Origin: Planctomycetota bacterium
GTDB lineage: Bacteria > Planctomycetota > MHYJ01 > WSZJ01
Direction: 5' to 3'
DNA length: 64,000 nt
NCBI GenBank assembly: GCA_038060895.1
Contig: JBBTCT010000015.1
Location: forward strand, 96,001 to 160,000
The notes beneath the pieces are model-generated. The model was not told the DNA's origin and ran no database searches. It worked only from the letters and a program-made list of their open reading frames with translations. Position numbers and translations under genes: made by a program. Positions 51,001-58,365 of the stretch are shown in pieces; position 1 is the first letter of the stretch; every line of letters begins with the position of its first letter.

Positions 51001-51226
51001 CGCCGGACCCGGGCGCGGGCGCCGGCGCGCGGACGGACGGGACCAGGGACGGAAGGGCCACGGCGGAGACGAAGGGCGCGGAGGCGGCGACGTCAGGAGG
51101 CCCCTCGGCTCGCGCGGGAGCCTTGATGGACGAAGCGCCTGCGCGGCACTCGGCACAGAAGAGCCCCGTGGTCGGCGGCTCGACCGGCTTCCCACAGCGC
51201 TTGCAGGATCGTCCCCCCGTGGTCAT
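48071..51226 (-). CDS. Ser/Thr kinase with N-terminal Zn ribbon, Pro/Ala linker, beta-sandwich and TPR-like C-terminus (chlamydial PknD-like architecture)
   Basis: CKRC...CAEC; GSGGMG, HRDVKPAN, DWGLA, GTPGYMSPEQ; FLALPD...YR...EG..ARF. Confidence 0.88.
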   Translation of the reverse strand: MTTGGRSCKRCGKPVEPPTTGLFCAECRAGASSIKAPARAEGPPDVAASAPFVSAVALPSLVPSVRAPAPAPGSGAVESKIAAPTETLKRSEMQTEAAPVPAPEAPPAPPAAGEVAEQAAAAPIPEYPELAAISEVPRPRPAAPHPATNKSTPPSVAALRPASVLPAAMRDLLPGKIAGHEITGILGSGGMGKVFLAKEPVLGREVALKVLKPKDVHELLLMHRLLDEAVVTGRLGHPGIVPIYQVGKDPDFGLWYTMKVVEGKSLEDILNDLREEIPAAVERYTLPALLDIFKRTCEAIGFSHHHGVVHRDVKPANIMIGEFGEVVVMDWGLARMPDERAEHEMLAPASAALLAREPGGESQKRTAVRTIKGTPGYMSPEQANADPAGPASDVYALGSILYQMLTKRLPVDGRGVQEILAKTVAGQIIPPEKRAGVRGLPKALCQMAMKALSLKPEARFPTARELAHEVEAYLDGRVPWQPREDGWQSTGGAWDTQEGRLRSGPGVKSKAFHRGRLGGDVRFKATIVPSKDRTSLDTGVWLAVPSLSSPEGYLFRLLTGERGRVEFLRNGAIVARRLDIPLDAGLEHRAEIVREGPRLRLFIDDQLAIDHREVFPMRGDRLAVSTESSGVSLASVTVESHGPPLQLDFLALPDKVLSMGQMKEARMLYRDMAEAHADRSEGVIARFKAAQCSIEMGELPEAQADLKLLEGTGYEALGVLGQAKIRQKEGKGKEMWAVLLQGMEKHRGDPARLELRAMANGVLEQAERESPAAARDLYMQMLTVPGLMPHETAQVCADFLRMSAVAGPDKVRQEAMALLDAHKQRIELRMECHAALARLDLPKENAPAVRGHLEKTLGLTEGLNDDDRVRLVLWLTESLLGGGNIGEAEALLASVAASMEPKSLAAFRIRHWRTLLSCAQGNWSGAQKLLGADLSPGTTPHHYLGLLLATLTANSMLSTAKALGILHERSEKVADWKAPSEALAGKAPGAGFVRWLDRQPGELHAPLAVASAMILSARGDKPGAEAMRACAAADKIGKSLTDWMLRNKRWA

Positions 51227-51455
51227 CGCGGGTATCCTAGTCGCTTCGTTGCCGGAAGCAATCCGGGAAAAATCGGGCGGTTTGCGGTTCCCCGGACCCT
51301 GAAAACAAAACATCTGCCTGCGCGGGATTTTTTCTGCGTTCGCCTTTGATTTTCCGGATCCCACTGCTTCATGCGCTGGAAAATCAAAGACGGGTCGCGA
51401 ATGAAAGAGAATCGAAGAGAATACGACCTGGCATGAAGGAAAGGGCCGCAGCCGC

Positions 51456-54167
51456 TTGAACCCGCACGACGCCGGCGAACGCTTCACCCTCGGCCGCGAA
51501 CTCGGCCGCGGCGGGCTCGGGCGCATCATGGAAGCGCAGGAGAAGGACCTCAACCGGACGGTCGCCCTCAAACTCCTTCGCGACGACCTGCCGAGGGATC
51601 TTGCGGATCGCTTCATGAGGGAAGCGCAGCTGACCGCGCGGCTCGAGCATCCGAACATCGTGCCGGTGCACGAATTCGCGGCGGTCGAGAATCAGCTGGT
51701 GCTCTCGATGAAGCGGATCCAGGGGAGCGACCTGGGGCAGCTCCTGCGCGCGATCGTGGAAGAACGGGCGCCGGGGTGGACGAGGCACAGGCTGCTGGGC
51801 GTGTTCCAGGACATCTGCCAGGGGGTGGCGTTCGCGCACGCGCAGGGAGTGATCCACCGCGATCTGAAGCCGGCGAACGTGATGATCGGCGATTTCGGCG
51901 AAGTGCTGATCGTGGACTGGGGTCTCGCGAAGGACACGAAGGTCGCGGAGTCCCGGCCGCCGACCGCGCAACCGGTGCCGGGATGGACGGGCGGCGATTC
52001 CGCCGAGACGGTTGTGCTCCCGCTCGACGGCTCGACCTGCATCACGGTGGACGGCGCGCTCGTCGGGACGCCGGCGTACATGGCGCCCGAGCAGGCCGAG
52101 GGGCGGACGGCGGACCTTGACGAAAAGAGCGACCTGTATTCGCTCGGCGCGATCCTCTACGAGATCCTGACGTTTGTGCCGCCGGTCGAAGGGCTCAGCC
52201 TGTTCGAAGTGCTGAAGAAGGTGGCGACCGGCGAACGCGTGCCGCCCTCCGAGCGCCTGCGCACCAGCCGCCCCGGGGATCCGCCCCTTCCGCCCGAACT
52301 CGACGCGATCTGCCTCAAGGCGCTCTCGCTGAAAAAAGAAGACCGCTACGAAAACGCGACCGCGCTTCACGACGACATCCAGCTCTACCTCGAGGGCGTC
52401 AAGGAACGCGAGCGGAACCGGCGGCTGGCCGAGGAAGCGGTCTCGCGCGCGCGCCGGCACATGGACGACCAGGAGCGCCTGCAGCGCAAGGCGGGGGCGG
52501 CGCTTCGTACGCTGAAACTCGACGAACAGCGTGTCGAGCCGCGCGGGGACAAGTCGGCGCTGTACCGCGCGCAGGACCGGCTCGAGGAGCTGTACCGGCA
52601 GGAAGCGCGGGCGTTTGCGGATGCGGTAGGGGAGCTGATCGGCGCGCTGAACCACGAGCGGACGCACGCCGGGGCGCGCCGGCTGATGGCGGAGATTCAC
52701 TGGCGCAAGTTCCTGGAAGCGGAAGAGGCGGAGGACCGGCGCGCGATCGAGGTGCACCGGCGCGCGGTGGAGCAGTTCAACGACGGCGAGTTTGGGCGGC
52801 TCCTGAAGGGCGACGGATTCCTGCATGTGCGGGCGGCGGCCTACGAGTGTCCCTGCCTTCGCGAGGGCCGCCCGGTGACGGCCGGGGAGTTCCGGCGCCT
52901 CGGATACAACGTCGCGACGGGCCGCGCGCTGGACGGCCGTGCGCAGGCCGAGGGTGTGCCTTCGATCGAGCCCGCGACGGGGATCTTCCTTCGATGGCAC
53001 TCGGCGGCATGCCGCCCGGCGCCGGTTGCGGGCGCGCGCGTCTGGGCGTGGAGAGTCGAGGAGCAGAATCGCCGGCTGATCCCGGTGACGCCGTCGCGAA
53101 ACGAGGTCGAGCCCGCGGCGCGGCCGAAGAAAATGAAGGGCGCGCCGGTGCACGAACTCTACGCGCTCGACTCCGCAAGCCGTCCGGATGGCGCCGGCGT
53201 CTTTCTGGGTGTGACGCCGCTCGAGCACGTCGCGCTTCCGATGGGCTCGTGGCTCCTCATCGTCGAGGCGGACGGCTTCGAGCCGATCCGCTGCCCGGTC
53301 ACGGTCCCGCGATGCGGGACGTGGATCCAGGACCTCACGCTCTTCAGAACGGGCGAAGTCCCGGACGGTTTCCTCCCGGTCTCCGGAGGCTCATTCGTGT
53401 ACCAGGGCGACACGAAGAACCCGTTTTCGATTCCTTCCGAGACGCGCGTCGTGCCGGACTTCCTGATCCAGCGCCATCCGGTGACGTGCCGCGAGTACGC
53501 GGAGTTCCTGAACGACATCGACCCGCGTGAGGCGGCGCGGCGTGTGCCGCGGCTGGCGCCGTCCGGGGCGGCGTGCTGGGCGGGGCCGCCGTATGCGGTT
53601 CCGACGGCGGAGTGGCTGCGCCATGCGTCGCGCGAAACGCGGGCGCACGCGCGGCGGCCGCAGAACGCGGCGGCGGACTGGCATGCGGACTGGCCGGTGG
53701 TGGGGATCGCGTGGGACGACGCGATGGCGTATGCGGCGTGGCGGCGCAAGGTCGAGCACCTCGCCTGTTTCCTTCCGCACGAGCTCGAATGGGAGAAAGC
53801 GGCGCGCGGCCCGGACCGGCGTCACTTTCCGTGGGGCCCGCAGTTCGACGAGCGCTGGTGCAACGCTTCGAGGTCACTGCCCGAAGCGGCGCACCTCGTT
53901 CCGGTGAAAGAATTTGCCGGCGACGAATCGCCCTACGGCGTGCGCGGCCTCGCCGGCAACGCGGGGGACCACTGTCTCAACGACCCGGGGCGCGACCATC
54001 CCGGCGAGCGCGCGATTCGCGGCGGTGATTTCACGGACACCGGCGTCTACGCGCGAGCGTGCTCGAGGGCGGGAATGAGCGTGCGAAACGTCGCAGACCA
54101 CGTCGGTTTCCGGCTCGTCATTCCGGTGAGATCCGAGACGCGTGGGAGAAGCCGGGGTAGGGAGTAA
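51456..54167 (+). CDS. Ser/Thr kinase with C-terminal FGE-sulfatase (SUMF1-like) domain
   Basis: GRGGLG, HRDLKPAN, DWGLA; PVVGIAWDDAMAY, EWEKAARG, SPYGV..LAGN, GFR. Confidence 0.92.
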   Translation: MNPHDAGERFTLGRELGRGGLGRIMEAQEKDLNRTVALKLLRDDLPRDLADRFMREAQLTARLEHPNIVPVHEFAAVENQLVLSMKRIQGSDLGQLLRAIVEERAPGWTRHRLLGVFQDICQGVAFAHAQGVIHRDLKPANVMIGDFGEVLIVDWGLAKDTKVAESRPPTAQPVPGWTGGDSAETVVLPLDGSTCITVDGALVGTPAYMAPEQAEGRTADLDEKSDLYSLGAILYEILTFVPPVEGLSLFEVLKKVATGERVPPSERLRTSRPGDPPLPPELDAICLKALSLKKEDRYENATALHDDIQLYLEGVKERERNRRLAEEAVSRARRHMDDQERLQRKAGAALRTLKLDEQRVEPRGDKSALYRAQDRLEELYRQEARAFADAVGELIGALNHERTHAGARRLMAEIHWRKFLEAEEAEDRRAIEVHRRAVEQFNDGEFGRLLKGDGFLHVRAAAYECPCLREGRPVTAGEFRRLGYNVATGRALDGRAQAEGVPSIEPATGIFLRWHSAACRPAPVAGARVWAWRVEEQNRRLIPVTPSRNEVEPAARPKKMKGAPVHELYALDSASRPDGAGVFLGVTPLEHVALPMGSWLLIVEADGFEPIRCPVTVPRCGTWIQDLTLFRTGEVPDGFLPVSGGSFVYQGDTKNPFSIPSETRVVPDFLIQRHPVTCREYAEFLNDIDPREAARRVPRLAPSGAACWAGPPYAVPTAEWLRHASRETRAHARRPQNAAADWHADWPVVGIAWDDAMAYAAWRRKVEHLACFLPHELEWEKAARGPDRRHFPWGPQFDERWCNASRSLPEAAHLVPVKEFAGDESPYGVRGLAGNAGDHCLNDPGRDHPGERAIRGGDFTDTGVYARACSRAGMSVRNVADHVGFRLVIPVRSETRGRSRGRE

Positions 54168-54198
54168 TGAGCTGTGAGTGGTGCGTAGTGGGTACGCT
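54157..54198 (+). repeat. Degenerate heptamer tandem repeat (GTAGGGA-like x6)
   Basis: gtaggga gtaatga gctgtga gtggtgc gtagtgg gtacgct; same type as 38571-38619. Confidence 0.6.
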
Positions 54199-54221
54199 CA
54201 ACCCACAGCGCCTCGCGGCCC

Positions 54222-55262
54222 CTACTTCACTTCCACCTGCACCGAATTCGTGAACAGCTCCCCGCGCCAGTCCTGACGTCCTCCGCCTTCCACGTGATCC
54301 GAAGAAGCCTGAGTCTCCGTGTACACCCCCGTGATCCGGTAAATCCCCGGCGCCGTCGTGTCGAGCCCGTACTTCTTCAGCGACTTCGCGGTCTCGCCCT
54401 CACGCCATTCCGGAAGCGTGTACGGCTTGCCCACGGAGATCTCGACGAGGTGCGGCGCGTTTTTGTCCCAATCGGGGATCTCCGCCGGCTGCAGGAAGTG
54501 GCGCTTCCCGTCCGGAGTCGTGACGAGGAAGCCGTGGTTGCGATAGCCGTTGGAGTACTTGCCGTCCCAGACGAGGGCGGAAGAAGCGGGGAAGGCGAAG
54601 CGGGCGTCCTTGCCGACGCACGCGATTTCGTAGCGGAGCGTGAAGTCCAGGAGGATGTCGTCGCCGGGCTTGACGGTCGCGGCGGCCGGCCTGATTTCGC
54701 CGCGCAGGCCCTTGATCACGTCGCCCGTGGATTCGTCGAGGTTTGCGGTCCACTCGAGGTTCGCGGTTTCAAGCGTGTTGAACGCGCCGCCGTTGCCCGG
54801 GTGGTACACGAGGACGGAGACCTTGAGGCGCGGCGCCTGGGGAAGCGGCACGCAGACGAAGTGCCACTCCTGGTCGTGTTCCAGCCCGGATTTCTGGATG
54901 GGGAAAGACAGCCCGATCTCGAGTTCTCCCTGTTTGCCGTCGCTCACGGCCTTGCGCACGACGAACTTGTTCCAGTCGTCGCCGTACTGGAAGACGCTGG
55001 CGACCATGTTCTTCGAGAAGTCGGTCATGACGAGCGGGTCATCCGCCGGTTTCTTCCAGCCGAGCGCCGCGAGCCGGTCCAGGAACGCGTTCCACTCCGT
55101 CGTGTTGCGGAACACCCGCGAGCCATTCGCGCCGAGCACGTCCGCCGCTTCGTCCTTGATCGTGCCGCGAAGCGCTCTTGCATCGGCGGGATCAGCGGCG
55201 GGAAGGGGAAGCGTCGAGACGGCGAGGAAGAGAAGGGCGGCGGGCAGGATGGCAGGGCGCAT
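54222..55262 (-). CDS. Secreted hypothetical protein (N-terminal part weakly PrcB-C-like)
   Basis: Signal peptide; VFRNTTEW...DFSKNMVASVF. Confidence 0.7.
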   Translation of the reverse strand: MRPAILPAALLFLAVSTLPLPAADPADARALRGTIKDEAADVLGANGSRVFRNTTEWNAFLDRLAALGWKKPADDPLVMTDFSKNMVASVFQYGDDWNKFVVRKAVSDGKQGELEIGLSFPIQKSGLEHDQEWHFVCVPLPQAPRLKVSVLVYHPGNGGAFNTLETANLEWTANLDESTGDVIKGLRGEIRPAAATVKPGDDILLDFTLRYEIACVGKDARFAFPASSALVWDGKYSNGYRNHGFLVTTPDGKRHFLQPAEIPDWDKNAPHLVEISVGKPYTLPEWREGETAKSLKKYGLDTTAPGIYRITGVYTETQASSDHVEGGGRQDWRGELFTNSVQVEVK

Positions 55263-55417
55263 GGGGAACTCCGGTGCTGGGGTTCGGGGATTGGACGGCT
55301 CCGAATTCAGGAAGTTCCCGGTATTAGATGGAAGGCTTGTCCTCAGTAGAGTGCAGCCCCCGAATCGGGGGGGCCCGTGTGCATCGAGAATCGTCTTCCT
55401 CCGCTACCATCCCACAC

Positions 55418-55603
55418 ATGAGAACCCCGACGATCCGCCTGCGCCCTCTGGTGCCCCTCGCAGCCCTCATCACCCTGGCGCTCACGCTCGAGAACGACTG
55501 GCGCAAGGCAACCGTGCTGAAGCGCAGAGTCCCCGGGATCAAGGAAGAGGACCTGGATCGCTTCCGGACGTGGCCCGTCGAGGGCGACGAGATCCTTGAG
55601 TGA
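55418..55603 (+). CDS. Small hypothetical protein leading the TPR array
   Basis: TACCAT 7 nt before ATG; GTGA overlap with TPR copy B. Confidence 0.5.
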   Translation: MRTPTIRLRPLVPLAALITLALTLENDWRKATVLKRRVPGIKEEDLDRFRTWPVEGDEILE

Positions 55604-57066
55604 CCAGGGAGCGCCGGCGATCGAATGAGACAACGCGCGGGGTTTGCGGATTGAATGCCGAGTCCGCTTACCTCTTCAGGCACGTCCTGCTCCGCGATGC
55701 CGCCTACCAGTTGCAGCTCCCCGGCGACCGGGCGCGGCTGCACGGGATTGCGCTCGCTCTGATCGAGGACTTCTGCGGCGGCAGGCCGCCGGAGCAGGCG
55801 CCCCTCGGATCACCGTCGGCCGCAGCCTTCGAGGGACACCCTGCCGACGCGTTCGCCGGAGAACTCGCGGGGCACGCGAGGGCCGCGGAAACCGCGCTGG
55901 CCGCGGGTGCGTTCAGCCGCATCCGCCGGCTGTATCTGCGTCGCGCTGCAGAATACGCGGAGCGGGCCTTTCGCCTCGAGGCCGCTTCTGCCGCCTGGCA
56001 GGAACTGGCGGCGCTTCTCGACCCGCCTGCCGAGGCCCTGGCGCTGGGGAAAGCGGGAGAACTGGCACGCCACGCCGGGCGTGCGGTCGAAGGCGCCCAG
56101 ATGTGGCAACGGGCCCTCGAGATTCACCGTCGCCTCGGGAATCGGGCCGGGGAAGGGATCGCGCTGGCCCACCTGGCCAATCTGAGCGTCGACCTTGGAC
56201 GGATCGAAGAGGCCGAAGGGCGCTACACGGAAGCGCTGGCACTTCATCGAGAGACGGGCGAGGTCCGCTATGAACATGTCACGATGGGAAACCTCGCGAT
56301 TCTCTATCACGACTCCGGCCGGCTCGAAAGCGCCGAACGGACGCTGGAAGAGGCGCTGGCCCGCTGCCGCGCTGCCGGCCATCGCGATCTCGAGGCCGTG
56401 ACGCTCGGCAACCTCGGCAACCTCTACAAGGAGACCGGACGCACCGGGGAGGCGGAAACCGCTCTTCTCCAGGCCCTCGCGCTTCATCGCGAAGCCGGCA
56501 ACGAGCGCTATGTCGGAATCCTCCTTGGGAATCTCGCCAACTTGCGCAAAGACACGGGCAGGACGGCTGAAGCGGAGCGAGGTTACGCGGAGGCGCTTGC
56601 GGTCCACCGGCGGACGGGAAACCGGCGGTCCGAGGGAATCGTCCTGGGGAACCTCGCCGGCCTTTTCCCCACGGACGCTCGCCCCGCGGAAGCGGAGCGC
56701 GGGTACGAGCGCGCGTTGGCCATCCATCGCGAAGTCGGCAACCGGCGGGCGGAGGGCGTCGAGCTTGGGGGGCTCGCCGCGGTCTTTCAGGCCACGGGCC
56801 GGCTCTCACCGGCGATCCGCGCGTTCGACGAGGCCCTTGCCATCCACCGCGAAGTCGGCAATCGGCGCTTTGAGGCCGCGCACTCCTGCGACCGCGCCCT
56901 CGCGCTTCTCGATGCCGGCGATCCCGCGGCCGCCGGCGCCTGGCGGTCGGGGGCGGCGCTTCTGCGCGACCTCGGAGATTCGAACGAAGCGGATCAGAAA
57001 TCCGCCGAAATGCGCGCGGCGTGCAACCGTCGGGGCGTGCAGGCGTTCGAAGGGACGTGGGCGTGA
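55600..57066 (+). CDS. Stand-alone TPR protein with YLFRHVLLRDAAYQLQLPGDRARLH module (copy B)
   Basis: Same N-terminal module and 40-aa TPRs; start GTG 55600 or TTG 55651. Confidence 0.88.
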   Translation: MTRERRRSNETTRGVCGLNAESAYLFRHVLLRDAAYQLQLPGDRARLHGIALALIEDFCGGRPPEQAPLGSPSAAAFEGHPADAFAGELAGHARAAETALAAGAFSRIRRLYLRRAAEYAERAFRLEAASAAWQELAALLDPPAEALALGKAGELARHAGRAVEGAQMWQRALEIHRRLGNRAGEGIALAHLANLSVDLGRIEEAEGRYTEALALHRETGEVRYEHVTMGNLAILYHDSGRLESAERTLEEALARCRAAGHRDLEAVTLGNLGNLYKETGRTGEAETALLQALALHREAGNERYVGILLGNLANLRKDTGRTAEAERGYAEALAVHRRTGNRRSEGIVLGNLAGLFPTDARPAEAERGYERALAIHREVGNRRAEGVELGGLAAVFQATGRLSPAIRAFDEALAIHREVGNRRFEAAHSCDRALALLDAGDPAAAGAWRSGAALLRDLGDSNEADQKSAEMRAACNRRGVQAFEGTWA

Positions 57067-57158
57067 ACGCGGAGAACGCTTACCTCTTTCGTCATGCGCT
57101 GCTGCGGGATGCGGCTTACCAGCTGCATCTCCCTGGTCGAGACGACCCGAGGTTTTGA
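57063..57158 (+). pseudogene. Truncated TPR-cassette stub (copy C): MNAENAYLFRHALLRDAAYQLHLPGRDDPRF*
   Basis: Manual translation; GTGA overlap with the copy B stop; not in the ORF track. Confidence 0.8.
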
Positions 57159-57261
57159 GGCGTTCGAGCGAACGAAGAAAGGCAAGTTCGCGACGCGCTT
57201 CTGCGCGACGCGGCGCGATTTTGTGGTTCAGCCGAGCTCCGGGATTTCGCAGAATACCCGC

Positions 57262-58356
57262 ATGCCAGGCGCGATTCCGCTGAACGAGGAGAACCTGGAC
57301 CTGGGGTTCGAGCCGCCCTTCTGTCTCGTCTGCGGAGAACCCGCACCCCTTGTCAAACGTGAACACGTCAATATCCGGGATTGCGCGGAGCCGCCTCCTT
57401 CCCCCGCCGAGGCGCGCTCCCGGCTGTTTCGGCGCACGATTCGCATCCAGGCCCCGCTCTGCCGGCGTCATCGGAGAAACGCGATTCTTCGAAGGGCAGT
57501 CTACGGCGTCGGCATCGGTCTTTTCACCCTGATCCTGGCTTCATATTTGTTCGTGACGATCAAACCGCGACTCCCGTTCCTGATCGTCCCCGTCTGCGTC
57601 GCCGCATGGATGGGCGTCGCCGCCGGGCGATCCAGGTCCGGAGGCGTCGAACCCGATCTGCTCGTCGAGCGGAAAGATGGCGGTCGCGATCTCGTCTGGC
57701 TGAATCCGCCGCCGGGGCTGGGCGCCCGCCTCCGGCCCCTGGATTATCCGGTTCCGCCGCAGCGGACATTCGATGAGATCGGGACCCCGGCTACCCCCTG
57801 GCTGCTCACGATCCCTCTCAGAGGCGAACAACCGTACTTCGGCAACGACCCGCCTCTCTGCCTGATCTGCGGCGCGCCGGCGACAGGCTTCCGAAAGGTC
57901 GAAGTGGCCCTCGCCGATGGACCGCCGGACGAGGACGGCCAGCGCATCCACCACACCCCAGGTCCCCGGTCGCTTCAGCCCCGGACGACTCCTCCGGTAC
58001 TCGTGACGGTGCAGGCGCCCCTCTGCGCCGAGGAACTGAAGAAGGAGAGGCGGTTTTCCCTCAGCGGAGGCTTCGGCTGCCTGATGATCCTGCTCCTCAT
58101 CGTCTCGTTTTCCGCCATATCCGTTGTCTGGCCGGAGACGATGTTCGCCAACGCCGTGGATAAGGGGTACGTCACGTGGCTTTTCCTCGGGCTTGTGCTC
58201 GTCTGGATCGCCAACGCCAGGCATCCCAGGGACCTCACCGCCAGGGTCCTCGATGAAGGAAGCGAGCGCTGTCTCGCCTGGAGAAACCCACCCCGCGAAT
58301 TGGACCGCGAGATCCACCGCCGCCGTTGCCGCCGCGCTGCGACGGCCCGGGACTGA
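57262..58356 (+). CDS. Membrane protein with two tandem CxxC...PLC + 2TM modules
   Basis: FCLVCGEPA...QAPLC...TM-TM...WLNPP, repeated as LCLICGAPA...QAPLC...TM-TM...WRNPP. Confidence 0.75.
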   Translation: MPGAIPLNEENLDLGFEPPFCLVCGEPAPLVKREHVNIRDCAEPPPSPAEARSRLFRRTIRIQAPLCRRHRRNAILRRAVYGVGIGLFTLILASYLFVTIKPRLPFLIVPVCVAAWMGVAAGRSRSGGVEPDLLVERKDGGRDLVWLNPPPGLGARLRPLDYPVPPQRTFDEIGTPATPWLLTIPLRGEQPYFGNDPPLCLICGAPATGFRKVEVALADGPPDEDGQRIHHTPGPRSLQPRTTPPVLVTVQAPLCAEELKKERRFSLSGGFGCLMILLLIVSFSAISVVWPETMFANAVDKGYVTWLFLGLVLVWIANARHPRDLTARVLDEGSERCLAWRNPPRELDREIHRRRCRRAATARD

Positions 58357-58365
58357 CCTCCGCGA

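Noticed and set aside
57141-57160. DDPRF similarity between the stub end and the WD40 kinase C-terminus (8518-8540)
   Set aside because: The match is short and better explained by the longer match to 62206-62232 in another frame.
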